Shown here piece after piece: positions 9,700 through 19,748 of a stretch of DNA of 64,000 bases; within the stretch, counting starts at the first letter, position 1, and each line of letters opens with the position of its first letter. The position numbers and the translations under genes are program-made. The notes below the pieces were generated by a model, which saw only the letters and a program-made list of their open reading frames with translations, was not told where the DNA came from and ran no database searches. The stretch is from a virus. The stretch lies in the IMG/VR virus record IMGVR_UViG_3300050120_000309, positions 1 through 64,000 of that record; one strand, 5' to 3'.

Positions 9700-12600
9700 T
9701 TACCCTTCCAGGGCTTGCTGCATCTTCTCGCGGGTGCGGAGAGAGCCGGGCTTCATTTGATCGCGGTAGTTGATCGTGACGGTTGAGCTGCCATCAGTTG
9801 CCATGCGGGCCATCATCTTGGCGGTATGGTGCGCGCGCTGCTGATCGGAAGAACGGAGACGGACATCGAGGTCTCGTGTCTCGCCAAGGGGCGCAACGGT
9901 TGTGGTGCGGGTTTGTGCTGGGGCGGAATTGACGTTCCGTGGTGGGCGGGAAGGTGCTCGGGATCCGGCGGGACCATCTCCTGGAACCATGTCGGGACCA
10001 GGGTGAGTCTCTTCCGGACGATACTTGCTCGTGGAGTCCCGGCCAAAGGCTGCAAATGGTTTGCTGAGGCGGGTTGTTGCAATGCCTGCGATGACGGCGG
10101 CCGCGGCGCCTATGCCGAGAACCATACCAATCTTGCTTCCACGAGCCTCACGGGCAACGCTTTCAGCTGTCCGAGTCACCTCATTGAGAGTTCCCAGAGC
10201 TTCTGCCGACCAGGTGCTGGCGGCGCCGGCGGCAGTCCGCGCTTCTTCAGCTGTCGTACTGGCGGCTTGAGAGTAACTGAACATCTCCGAACCCATACCC
10301 AGAGTCTTGGCACTCGCTGCGTTCTCTGCCGGCGTCGTCATGGCCTGGACTGCCTGATCGACTGCTTCACGATCGAATCCACTGTGAAATTGTTCGAGGA
10401 TCTCGCGGTTCTCAGCAAGATAGTCACGGAATGAGGTACGGTCGTTGCCATCGGCAGCGTCCGCCAGCTGGCCCAATGAACCGTAGAAGTGATCGAAGGT
10501 GCCACCCTTACGCATGGAGTTACGCAAGCTGCTGTCGATCTCCAGCGCCTTAGCCAGATCGAGATCGTTCTGATTCTTGAGCTTCATGCCCGAGATCGGA
10601 CCCTGTTTCACAGCCTGCATGAAGAAGGTTGACAGGCTGCTCTTGACTTGAGAATTGGTGATGTTCCGATTCTCTTCGAGTGCCGCCATCATCATGGAGT
10701 AGGTATTCGAACCTGAACCGACAGCTCCGCCGACGGAACGACGACGAAGCGCTTCGTTCCGGGTGTAGAACTTCTGATCCTTGAGACGGCCGAGGAAGGA
10801 CTTGTAAGCACCTTCCTTCGTCCCAACTGTCTGACGAGTCTCGTCACCAACGCCAACAAGGTTCTGCAGATCAGGGACATCCAAGTTCTGAGAGGACTTG
10901 GGGTTCATGACTGCTTCGCGTGCTTCGGCTATCGCATCTTCAGAGTCGAGATAGGAAATGTTCGGACGGTCACCGTCCATATCGAGCATCATTAGCGCAC
11001 GGATCCGCTCATCGATGCCAATACCGGTTGCCTTGTTGAGGTGAGGATCGAGAACGACTCGAACTAGTGGAACGTGCCCTACGGGCTCGCGACTCAGCAT
11101 CGCAAAGACGTCCTCTCCATTGAGGAGGGCGTCACGAACCTTCTTGCTCCGAATCTTCCTGGCCTGGGCCTTACCGATGGCAACTTCCCATGGGTTGATA
11201 GCGCCATCTGCATAGCGCATGCTTGAGGGGCGTGTGTGGGAGGCGAGGGTCTGGGAGAGAGGATCAACTGGGCCGCTACGATAGAAGCTGTCCTTGCCAT
11301 GGACGAACTTCTTCAGCGTGTCCTTATAGGCTTCAGTCTGTCTGGCGATCGTTCCTTCATCAGCGCCCTCCTCATGCATCTTCATGAGCTGGAAAAGAGC
11401 GCTTTCGTGCTCATTTGTTGAGAATTGACCGGCGCCGTAGCGGTTGACCTTGCCACCATAGGCACTATGGCCGAGTACGGGCACAGCGCTGCCGTCGGGC
11501 ATCTTCAACATGAAGTTGTTCTCAGCAGCGACATTGCCTGGATCAAAGATGGAACCAGCACGATTGGAGGCAGTCGTAATGCTACGAGTGCCCGGTGCAA
11601 TGGCATCGCCGAGACTGATCGTGTTTGAGATCGCAGTCTCATCACCCTGGAAGTGCTTGAGCAGATCACGAGTCTGGGTTAGATCGCCGTCATACTTGAG
11701 GCGGCCGGTGATGTTGCCCGCTACGCCATGGTGGCCGCGGATTACCAGCTGCTGCTGGGTGTAGTAGGCGAACTTGGTCTGCTTCGGGACGTTGTAGGCC
11801 ATGTCGTCGGTGATGCGCAGCTCTGAAGGCATGGCATAACGATTGACATAGTCGGCCCAGGGAGTCTTTCCGCCCTTCTCAACATGGGCAGCATAGCTCT
11901 GCATGAACTCATCGCCACGGACTGCATGCGAGGTGATGCGGTCGGAGACATCCTGGAGCATGTTCTTCAGAACAGTGTCTTCTTGCTGAATACGCTCGGG
12001 TGTACGGATGCCCTGCTTGGTGAGGTCCTGATTGAGAGTGCCGTTGTTGTACGCGAAACCAGCCTCAGCCAGGGGATCCCGCCACTTCGACATCACGGGC
12101 TCAAGCTCACCATGCTCCTCCAGACGGCGGAGGGAGTCAGAAGAGATACGAGATAGTGCATCCTGCAGCTCCGAGTCCTTGTTGGTGAACGAACCCTGCG
12201 AAGCGTACACATCAACCTCACGCGGGATGAAGCCGCCGGCTCCGGTGGCGTCGCGGTAGTTGTTCAGACCAGTGCGGAGGCGCTCACTGTCTCCAGTACG
12301 ATCGAAGCTCTGAAGAATGCCTTTCTGGGAGCCGACATTGAACTTGGTGCCTGTCTCGATGTCCTTGACTTCACGCACGACAAAGCGAGTCGTTCCGTCA
12401 CCCATGTTGTGAGTGTTCTCAATGAAGTTCTCTGCTCCCTGTGCGGTGACAGGATTGCCGTTGCGTCGGCCGAGAAGGATCTTGCTTGGGCCATAGACCT
12501 TCTTACCTTCGGCGCTGAGGGTGAAGGTGCGCTTCCCGTCCTCATCGAGAAGGCCGTAGTGCTTCTCCATGGATTGCCCCATGAAATTCTCCCAGCCGGA

Positions 12601-14697
12601 GACAGCCTCTTCATTGACGTCATAGGCCATGTAACGCTCGACACGCGCGCCATTCAGATTACGGGCAGACAAGAAGTCGCCCTCGCCAGCCCGGCCGGCG
12701 GACTTCATGGCACGGAAGTTGCCCGGCTCGGAGAGGTGCTGCACGACCTTGAACCATGCGTCCTTAGCACCGGCGTGATCCAGCTTATGTTCCGCCTGCA
12801 TGATCGACATAGCGGTCAGGTCGTAGCGGCCATTGGCAGCAAAGGCTTCAAGGTATGCACTGAGGCGAATTGCTTTGGTCTCGGCACTGGTCACGCGGCC
12901 TACCCGGGATAGCTCTTGCTCGATTTGACCTTCAGCGTAGGAGGTTACATCCGGCATGTCACCGAATAGGGTCTGCTCACCAGGAGTGATCCCAGCAACG
13001 CGTACGCCCATGACCGGATCGACGATGCCCTCAGCTGCAATCTTCCCGGTCGAAGCGAAGGGGCTAAGGCTGTCACGAACTGGAGAAACTCCTTTGAAGG
13101 TCTCAGCGGGCATGGCGATGCGAATGTTCTTGGTGATGGCGCGATAGACGGAATTCTGTTTCTCAAGGCTGGCATTGCGAGAGAGATCACCAACGTGGTG
13201 GGCATAGAGCTTGAACTCGGGAACACCACCTTCAGAGCCCAGAGGAATCAGATTGTGGTATTCGGCCGCGGAGACACCGGCCTCGACGAAGTCGGCCGCT
13301 CCGGTCTTGCCCTTGCGCAGCTGTCGCAGTCCTTTGCCAGGTCCGCTTTCAGCGTTGCCGAAGCCGAACAGATCGGAAGGCAGGTACTCGTACTGACGGA
13401 GTTTCTGCGCACCATTGCGCTGGACGTACTCCCCATAGGTTGTGTCACGGTATGCGGACCAGCTGTCAGACTGGTCAACCATGCCATACATGTTGGTGCG
13501 CTTGAGCTCCTCACCCACGGTCTTGATACCGAAGCCGCGGCCGAGGGCTTCGAAGGCATAAGCATCGGACTTCCATGCGTCACGCGCTGTGTACACATTA
13601 CGAGCCACGCCCCTGCGCTGGAAGCTGGATCCAGTACGAATCTCACCGTCCTTACCCACAACAGGAATGGTCAGGCCCTTCCGTTGGCCAGCTGGTTTAT
13701 AGGTGAGGCCGACGATGGCGTTGCCGTCTTCCTCTGATGTTTGAATGCTCAGATACTTGGGGTTGAAGCGTTGTCCCTTTGCCCCACCGGACCGGATCGC
13801 GCGCTCAATCGAACCAAAGAGGTCAGGTCGTGAGGTGGCGAGCTCGGCGCGCAGACCTTCGGCGTCGTTCCAGCCCACGCTGCTGATGAATGTCTTGGGA
13901 CCGGCGCCCGCGGCGCGCGCTCCGCCGGGATCGAAGAAGTTCTTCTTATCTGCCATGCGAGACGTCAATCCCTTGATGAACTTGACGTCACCACTGGAAG
14001 CAGTTCCTTCACGGAAGGCCTTGACTTTGCCCTTCATGATCAGCTTGATGTCCTTCTCGGTGAGCATCGGGGCGTTCCGAGGAATGACCTTGGCGCCAGG
14101 CCCCTTCATACCGTCGTTCAAACTCTCGGCGTACTCAGCTAGGCCGGCAGCATCCAGGCTCCGAAGCTTCTCGGCGTGGATGGCGTTCGAGATATAGCGC
14201 ATGTTCTTGCTGGTCTTGAGATCAGCATCGACGATCGTTTCCAAGGTGGTCGCTACGCGGTTGTAGTCGCCCTTACTGCGCGTCATGCCGGCGTAACGGC
14301 GGCGCTTGACGGTCTGGAACTGCTCGAGTGCGATCTTCTGCTGTTCATAGGCGCGCTGAGCCTCTTTGATGTCGGTGTAGGAGACTTCCTTGCCATGAAC
14401 AGACTGCCGCCATTGACGGTGCGCCTTGGGCATGCCGACCATGCGCGTCATGTTCTGGGACACGGTAGGTCCCATGGTGGAAGCTGAATAAGCCACAGCT
14501 CCAATGAGAGGTGTGGTGAACGCAGCAGTCTGGCTGTAATCCCGGTTCTCGTTCTGAAGCAGAGCTGGTGCCAGAAGCATGGCAGCGGCAGCGGCCGTTG
14601 CACTGCGGGGATGACCCTTCGCGAAGGCCACACCACTGCGCTTGATCGCGGTGGCGCGGTCTTTGGCGCGGGTGAGGAACCTTGTATCGATGGGCAT
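9700..14697 (-). CDS. Putative single-chain two-barrel (double-psi beta-barrel) RNA polymerase, probably virion-associated
   Basis: Beta-like GTKFNVGSQKGIL (K785/K792) followed by EVDVYAS; beta'-like LSREP (R1203) 36 residues before DMDGD (1239-1243, nt 10969-10983); located within the tail gene block. Confidence 0.7.
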   Translation of the reverse strand: MPIDTRFLTRAKDRATAIKRSGVAFAKGHPRSATAAAAAMLLAPALLQNENRDYSQTAAFTTPLIGAVAYSASTMGPTVSQNMTRMVGMPKAHRQWRQSVHGKEVSYTDIKEAQRAYEQQKIALEQFQTVKRRRYAGMTRSKGDYNRVATTLETIVDADLKTSKNMRYISNAIHAEKLRSLDAAGLAEYAESLNDGMKGPGAKVIPRNAPMLTEKDIKLIMKGKVKAFREGTASSGDVKFIKGLTSRMADKKNFFDPGGARAAGAGPKTFISSVGWNDAEGLRAELATSRPDLFGSIERAIRSGGAKGQRFNPKYLSIQTSEEDGNAIVGLTYKPAGQRKGLTIPVVGKDGEIRTGSSFQRRGVARNVYTARDAWKSDAYAFEALGRGFGIKTVGEELKRTNMYGMVDQSDSWSAYRDTTYGEYVQRNGAQKLRQYEYLPSDLFGFGNAESGPGKGLRQLRKGKTGAADFVEAGVSAAEYHNLIPLGSEGGVPEFKLYAHHVGDLSRNASLEKQNSVYRAITKNIRIAMPAETFKGVSPVRDSLSPFASTGKIAAEGIVDPVMGVRVAGITPGEQTLFGDMPDVTSYAEGQIEQELSRVGRVTSAETKAIRLSAYLEAFAANGRYDLTAMSIMQAEHKLDHAGAKDAWFKVVQHLSEPGNFRAMKSAGRAGEGDFLSARNLNGARVERYMAYDVNEEAVSGWENFMGQSMEKHYGLLDEDGKRTFTLSAEGKKVYGPSKILLGRRNGNPVTAQGAENFIENTHNMGDGTTRFVVREVKDIETGTKFNVGSQKGILQSFDRTGDSERLRTGLNNYRDATGAGGFIPREVDVYASQGSFTNKDSELQDALSRISSDSLRRLEEHGELEPVMSKWRDPLAEAGFAYNNGTLNQDLTKQGIRTPERIQQEDTVLKNMLQDVSDRITSHAVRGDEFMQSYAAHVEKGGKTPWADYVNRYAMPSELRITDDMAYNVPKQTKFAYYTQQQLVIRGHHGVAGNITGRLKYDGDLTQTRDLLKHFQGDETAISNTISLGDAIAPGTRSITTASNRAGSIFDPGNVAAENNFMLKMPDGSAVPVLGHSAYGGKVNRYGAGQFSTNEHESALFQLMKMHEEGADEGTIARQTEAYKDTLKKFVHGKDSFYRSGPVDPLSQTLASHTRPSSMRYADGAINPWEVAIGKAQARKIRSKKVRDALLNGEDVFAMLSREPVGHVPLVRVVLDPHLNKATGIGIDERIRALMMLDMDGDRPNISYLDSEDAIAEAREAVMNPKSSQNLDVPDLQNLVGVGDETRQTVGTKEGAYKSFLGRLKDQKFYTRNEALRRRSVGGAVGSGSNTYSMMMAALEENRNITNSQVKSSLSTFFMQAVKQGPISGMKLKNQNDLDLAKALEIDSSLRNSMRKGGTFDHFYGSLGQLADAADGNDRTSFRDYLAENREILEQFHSGFDREAVDQAVQAMTTPAENAASAKTLGMGSEMFSYSQAASTTAEEARTAAGAASTWSAEALGTLNEVTRTAESVAREARGSKIGMVLGIGAAAAVIAGIATTRLSKPFAAFGRDSTSKYRPEETHPGPDMVPGDGPAGSRAPSRPPRNVNSAPAQTRTTTVAPLGETRDLDVRLRSSDQQRAHHTAKMMARMATDGSSTVTINYRDQMKPGSLRTREKMQQALEG

Positions 14698-14699
14698 GT

Positions 14700-17600
14700 C
14701 TACTCCTGGTACTCAGTGGGGTTGCGTCTCATGTCATTGAGGACTGACTCTTCGTTATCGATCTGTGCGTCGACACGGACAGTAGCGTGAGACTGAGGGG
14801 CAGCTTGAGATAGCGTTCGGACGTCAGGGTTGCCATTGTTATTGCCGGCGGCAATCATCATGGTCTCGACTGCGCTCCGGAGCTGGTCCTGGGAACGGCC
14901 GTCGCCTGAGGTCAGCTCCTGGACAGCACCTTCAACATACGGTTTGCGCCAGAGGAGGGAAGCGCGATCGTCGAACAGATTGAAGTCATGCTCGTCGTAA
15001 CCTTCCTGCTGAACTATCTTGAGCTTGACGTCCTGGTAATCCAAAGCGTCATTCATGAGCTCGGAGTCAGGGCTGTCTGGCATGGCGAATCCAGTACGAG
15101 AGAAGAACTTCGAGATCTCTACCGATCGAAGGAAGTCGCCAAAGCCCAGTTTGGTATCGGCTGCGGTGTAGGCATCCCGATCTTCCTCGGTGAACATACG
15201 TCCCTGGGATCCAATTGCATCAGGGTGTTCACCAGAAGCGATCTTGATCTTCTCAGTAGACTTGGCCCACTGCGCGGCAAGCGCGCGGCTAGTCTCATCC
15301 GGGACGATGTTGAGAATCTTGGCACGCACATCAGGGTCCGTCTCCTCGACGAACTTCTTGAAATAACGTGCTTCTCTGTTGGGGAGGGTGGAGGCGACGT
15401 AGCCCGCTGAGCCGAAGAGATTGGCGCCGACTGAAGTCCTCTTTGCCTGGCTAGTATAACGTCCACGGTGCTCGGGGTCGCTTGCAGCGTTGTTCAGTCC
15501 CCGGAGGTAGGCAAGTTGATCGGTAAGGGTATCGAGATCCCGGTTGCGCTGGACGTCTTCGGGGATGATGGCCACGTCTGCGACGCGCTCGGCAACGCCA
15601 CGGAGGTAGGGCGAGAGGAAGTCATGGATCGGTCTTTCCCATCGGCGCATACGAGTGCCGATGGCTTCCTGCTGGAGGTACTGGCTGTAGACAGTGCGCT
15701 CTTGCCACATCTTGGTCTGAACTTGCCCCGGCAGGTAGCGGAGCGGGTTCCAGCGGCTGTTATCCCCTTCAAAGGAGATGGCCTCGGCGTACTTGCCCAG
15801 AGCCTGAGCAACCTTGCCGTGCATTGCCTGCTCTTCAGCTCCGCCCAGGTCCTTACGGAACCGGCCAAAACCCTGGTCAATCAGCGCACGATTGATGTTG
15901 AATCCGTCGACTTCGAACACTGCACGCACATTCTCTGAGTTGTCGGCAGCACCTCGTCCGACGGTCAGATTTACCTTGGAACCTTCTGAAAGCACGGTAC
16001 TTAGGTACTGATCACGTTCCTTGAGCTTACCCTCTGCGATGTTCGCCGCTTGCGAACGATTCAGTTTATTTGACTTGCCCAGAGTATCGGCCACGAGATC
16101 GGCCATTGAGCTGCCAACGGAACTGAAATGGAAGATGCGGCCTGGATACTCCGACAGCTCGACTCCTCGGAAGGAAGCACTCTTGACCGTGCCCTGGACC
16201 TTGTCAACGGGTGCGTCGAAGCGTCGCTGATCTACCTGGAGGGTGGATTCCTTGGTCTGGCGGACCTGCTCAACCACCTGCTCATACTGAGCACGGAGAT
16301 CTGTATCACCATGAGATTTCTTCTCAACAACTGCCCGGATCTTGTTGTACTCGCGGGAGTAGGGCGCCACATCAGCGAGGATGCTGAGCTTGTTGATGTC
16401 TGGGTAGTCTTCCGGATTCAGTCCTTCGAGCTCGGGACGGAGTGCGGCGTACCCGGCTCCGGGCAGGCGCGCGTACCCTTCGTCGACTTTGACATAGGGG
16501 TCACCCTTCTGGAAGTTGATGAGATGATCTTCGCCTGGGATCCATGAGGGCATCTCGTTCTGGATCTCGTTGACCTGAGGACTGAACCCTTCATGCTGAA
16601 TGAATCGGCGGAGAGGCTCGGAGTAGCCGACGAGACCATTCTCTGTCTCCGGAGAAACGAACATACCCGCGCCCATATTGCGCTCGTAGTACTGTCGGCT
16701 CAGGGAGTCCATCTGGCGGGAACCTTGCAGATAGACCTCTTTGCCCTTGTTCTTGTCAGGATAGAGCGCGTTGAACGAGCTCTTCATGATGAAGCCAGGG
16801 AGACCGATGAACTCAGCAAAGGTACGAACTTCCTGCTTGGCGGCGTGCCACAGACCGTACTCTTCCTTCGGCTTCGCGGCAGCGAGCGCATCAGGACCCT
16901 TCGGCTCCAATCGAGTCGAGTAAAGGGTGTAGTCCTTTTCGTTCCACTCATCCTCGTGCATGCGATGCACGGGCTTGAACACCTTGCCTAGTGTGGCGGC
17001 GAGGAGAGGTCCAACGAGGGGCACATTCGAGAATGCAGGGGACGTTACCGGGTAAGGTCGATCCTTATAGTGTTCTTTCTCCAACCAATAGGGATCTTTC
17101 AGGTACTTGATCGGGTGTAGGAACGGGTTGTGGTCCCAGTAGTTCTTCTCCGATCCATACAGAGACTTGGTCCACGCCCGACTCTTATATAGAACAGAGG
17201 AATGAGGACGCCAAGCGGTAATGCGCGATCCGGAGAACGCGTTGGAACCAACTTCCCACCACCGGCCCTGACGGATGGGCACATCTTCTTCGCCGGCGTA
17301 GATGCGTCGGAGCTCACTGCCTGTCTTGCGGGAGCCCAGCATGCCCGGAATAAATGGCAGCATGGCAGCGAGGCCGATCAGGGCGCCCTTACCTGGAGTT
17401 CCAAGTGCTCCCCAAAGAGCCTTGGCTTTGCCGGCTGCACCTTCGGCGGCCATTGCCCGCTTGAGCAGTCCAAATGCAGGAAGAGTGGTTCCTTCTGCGT
17501 CCCGATAGGCACGGGCGATGCGGTCCCCGCCAGCAAACTTATCGCTGAAGGCAACCTGGCCCATATGAACGAGGCCACCGATGAAAGCTCCACCCAGCGG

Positions 17601-18710
17601 GAGGGCTAGCGGGCCATACTGAGGGCCTGGCACATTCTCAGCGAACCAATCAGTGGTCTTGCGAGCGCCAGGCGTAGCGTCGGTCAGATCGGCGCGAAGG
17701 ACATTGGCCTTGAGACCGACGTCGATGATGGCGTTGGACGGGCGATGGTCCAGCTTGTAGTCGAGCCAGCGCGCCGCGGTAATGGCGATTGCCGCCGGCA
17801 GCACCCGCTTGGTCAGAAGACCATTGAGCAATCCGCCCTTGCCGATGCCAGGGATATGGAAGACTTTGTTGTAGGAACCCTGCTTGAGGCCGAAGCCAAA
17901 CTCGGTAAGCAGCTTTTGAGGACGTTCAAATAGCTCGAAGAGTTGAGGACCCATCGAGCGACGAGCATTGTCGTAGCTGTTCTTCGCGCGGCCGAAGACA
18001 CTGGCGCCTTCACCGGCCTCAGTCCGTGAGTACCACGCGGAGTAGCGCTGACCATTACTGGCCTTCGCACCCGGGGTCCAGTTCTTGGGGTTCTGGGTCT
18101 CGCGCCAGGTGTTGAAATTGCCCCAAGTGTTGTCGATTGGGTTGGATGACCACTTCCAATCAGGCCGCTTGTCGTAGAGAGGGCGGTTGTACCGGGTGGA
18201 TGACCCCGGCATATGGCCGCCAGCCTTGCCAAAACGTACCTTGACGCCGTCGAAGCCCTCCAGGTTGAGGAAGGGGCTCCCGCGCTGCCCGCGCTTGAAC
18301 CTGAGTCCGTCCTTGCCCTGTGCGGAACGTAGGTGCCCTTCAAGATTGACGTTGTCGCCGAACAGACGCTGGAAATGAGCGCCCTGATCAGTGAGCTTGC
18401 CTCCCCGGAAGAGTTCCTCATGAGAGAAGTGGAGATCATCGACGACATACGATGATGCTCGCTCCGAGAACCGGAGGGTTGAACCCATCCGATTGGGAGT
18501 AACCTCTTCGAACTTCGAAGCCCAGCGATAGACATTCTTGGCGTAGTCCGGCTGCGTGCCGAGGGCTTGTTTGTGGGCAGCAAGTGCAGCACCCCCTACA
18601 GCAAGCACGCCGAGCGTGCGCCATAGAGGGTTGTAGCCTTCTTCGGATTCGAGGATGTCTCGACGCTGATAGCCAGAGCTATCGATGTCGAATACGGAGG
18701 TGGATTTCAC
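14700..18710 (-). CDS. Giant virion protein in the tape-measure position, with hydrophobic segments and a degenerate thermonuclease (SNase)-like domain
   Basis: Follows the chaperone genes; TM-like segments (LGVLAVGGAALAA, LALPLGGAFIGGLV, GALIGLAAMLPFIPG); VQGTVKSASFRGVEL...VRAVFEVDGFNINRALIDQGFG resembles the SNase fold. Confidence 0.55.
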   Translation of the reverse strand: MKSTSVFDIDSSGYQRRDILESEEGYNPLWRTLGVLAVGGAALAAHKQALGTQPDYAKNVYRWASKFEEVTPNRMGSTLRFSERASSYVVDDLHFSHEELFRGGKLTDQGAHFQRLFGDNVNLEGHLRSAQGKDGLRFKRGQRGSPFLNLEGFDGVKVRFGKAGGHMPGSSTRYNRPLYDKRPDWKWSSNPIDNTWGNFNTWRETQNPKNWTPGAKASNGQRYSAWYSRTEAGEGASVFGRAKNSYDNARRSMGPQLFELFERPQKLLTEFGFGLKQGSYNKVFHIPGIGKGGLLNGLLTKRVLPAAIAITAARWLDYKLDHRPSNAIIDVGLKANVLRADLTDATPGARKTTDWFAENVPGPQYGPLALPLGGAFIGGLVHMGQVAFSDKFAGGDRIARAYRDAEGTTLPAFGLLKRAMAAEGAAGKAKALWGALGTPGKGALIGLAAMLPFIPGMLGSRKTGSELRRIYAGEEDVPIRQGRWWEVGSNAFSGSRITAWRPHSSVLYKSRAWTKSLYGSEKNYWDHNPFLHPIKYLKDPYWLEKEHYKDRPYPVTSPAFSNVPLVGPLLAATLGKVFKPVHRMHEDEWNEKDYTLYSTRLEPKGPDALAAAKPKEEYGLWHAAKQEVRTFAEFIGLPGFIMKSSFNALYPDKNKGKEVYLQGSRQMDSLSRQYYERNMGAGMFVSPETENGLVGYSEPLRRFIQHEGFSPQVNEIQNEMPSWIPGEDHLINFQKGDPYVKVDEGYARLPGAGYAALRPELEGLNPEDYPDINKLSILADVAPYSREYNKIRAVVEKKSHGDTDLRAQYEQVVEQVRQTKESTLQVDQRRFDAPVDKVQGTVKSASFRGVELSEYPGRIFHFSSVGSSMADLVADTLGKSNKLNRSQAANIAEGKLKERDQYLSTVLSEGSKVNLTVGRGAADNSENVRAVFEVDGFNINRALIDQGFGRFRKDLGGAEEQAMHGKVAQALGKYAEAISFEGDNSRWNPLRYLPGQVQTKMWQERTVYSQYLQQEAIGTRMRRWERPIHDFLSPYLRGVAERVADVAIIPEDVQRNRDLDTLTDQLAYLRGLNNAASDPEHRGRYTSQAKRTSVGANLFGSAGYVASTLPNREARYFKKFVEETDPDVRAKILNIVPDETSRALAAQWAKSTEKIKIASGEHPDAIGSQGRMFTEEDRDAYTAADTKLGFGDFLRSVEISKFFSRTGFAMPDSPDSELMNDALDYQDVKLKIVQQEGYDEHDFNLFDDRASLLWRKPYVEGAVQELTSGDGRSQDQLRSAVETMMIAAGNNNGNPDVRTLSQAAPQSHATVRVDAQIDNEESVLNDMRRNPTEYQE

Positions 18711-19274
18711 TTAGCGCTGGTTACTCTGAACTCGGTCCCACGCCAGTTTCTGGCCTGCGGTCATCTCCTTTTTAGGAGGTCGAGGGCGTTTCTGGGGATG
18801 TTTCTTGGCTTCGATGGCAGCAGCCAGTTCTTCCGGTGTCGGCATCTTGACGGGGTCCAGTTGCTTGCCGGAGAGGAACTCAGCCTTGGCATAACGATCG
18901 AAGAACGTGTCAGCGTCCCAAGTGTCGATCTCCTCGAAGGTGTAACGGAAGAGGCCAGCAATGAGCGTCTTCGCATTCTCGAGGAAGTCCTGAGTGTTGC
19001 GCTTGGCATCGACGGCGTTCTTGATGTCATCGTAGCTACCACCGAACGGGTTTCGTTCGAGCATAGCCTTGCCAACGAACTCCACGATGCCGGCAGGTGC
19101 CTCCGTAATATCCGGCCCATCAAGCAAAACAGCCCGATAGAGGTCTATGTAGACCTCCATCGGGAGTTTGTGTTCCATACTTTGCGCGAACTGGCGATAC
19201 TCCGCCCAGCTGATGGCTCTCCAGCTCACCGCCATCCCGCTCTTCCAGCCTGCGACGTACTGTATCTGCTGCAA
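18711..19274 (-). CDS. Tail assembly chaperone-like protein
   Basis: YTFEEIDTWDADTFFDRYAKAE resembles the helical motif of second tail chaperones; position between tube genes and giant proteins; TTG start uncertain. Confidence 0.5.
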   Translation of the reverse strand: MQQIQYVAGWKSGMAVSWRAISWAEYRQFAQSMEHKLPMEVYIDLYRAVLLDGPDITEAPAGIVEFVGKAMLERNPFGGSYDDIKNAVDAKRNTQDFLENAKTLIAGLFRYTFEEIDTWDADTFFDRYAKAEFLSGKQLDPVKMPTPEELAAAIEAKKHPQKRPRPPKKEMTAGQKLAWDRVQSNQR

Positions 19275-19285
19275 GGACGTCCGCC

Positions 19286-19732
19286 TTAGAGGTCGATGTA
19301 AAGCTGATCGAGGACCTGAGGCTCCATGAAGTCAGAGAGATCAGCGACGGCGCTGTAGAGAGTTCCTGCGAGGCCGGCGCCTGCACTGGCCAGATCCATC
19401 TCTGTCAACTTGCCAGATGGAACGATCGAGCACCACAACGTGCAATGTGCCGCCATCTTGGTCTGCAGGAAGGGAAGCTGCTTCTCGGGGGAGAGCTTGA
19501 CTGCTTCAGACTGCGCGCCAAGAAGCTCAAGTGCGGTAAACCCGCGGAGCAGGAAGAGGCGTTTGCCGTCAGGCATGGGGAGGAGGCGCAGACGAGCACC
19601 CGGGACCATAGACCGGAAGGTGTCAATCTGACTTTGGGTAGGGGCGCCAGGGAAGAGCGCGAGGAAATCGTATGGGGTCTGTGGTTCTGGTTGAGCTGGA
19701 GTGGTTGGCTCTGCGACGGGAGTCGTGGACAT
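19286..19732 (-). CDS. Tail assembly chaperone-like protein
   Basis: 148 aa; PTQSQIDTFRS...FLLRGFTALE; downstream of tube-like genes. Confidence 0.5.
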   Translation of the reverse strand: MSTTPVAEPTTPAQPEPQTPYDFLALFPGAPTQSQIDTFRSMVPGARLRLLPMPDGKRLFLLRGFTALELLGAQSEAVKLSPEKQLPFLQTKMAAHCTLWCSIVPSGKLTEMDLASAGAGLAGTLYSAVADLSDFMEPQVLDQLYIDL

Positions 19733-19748
19733 GTATTACCTCAGTTCG

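Noticed and set aside
9700-14697. Annotation as tape measure protein by position
   Set aside because: Globular, charged composition with ordered RNAP catalytic motifs rather than helical repeats
15451-15458. Partial late motif (TATACTAG) inside the 1336-aa gene
   Set aside because: Lacks TTCC and lies about 750 nt from the next start; may be chance
19274-19330. Programmed -1 frameshift between the two tail chaperones
   Set aside because: The downstream frame is -1 and open for about 15 codons of overlap, but I see no XXXYYYZ slippery heptamer; not supportable
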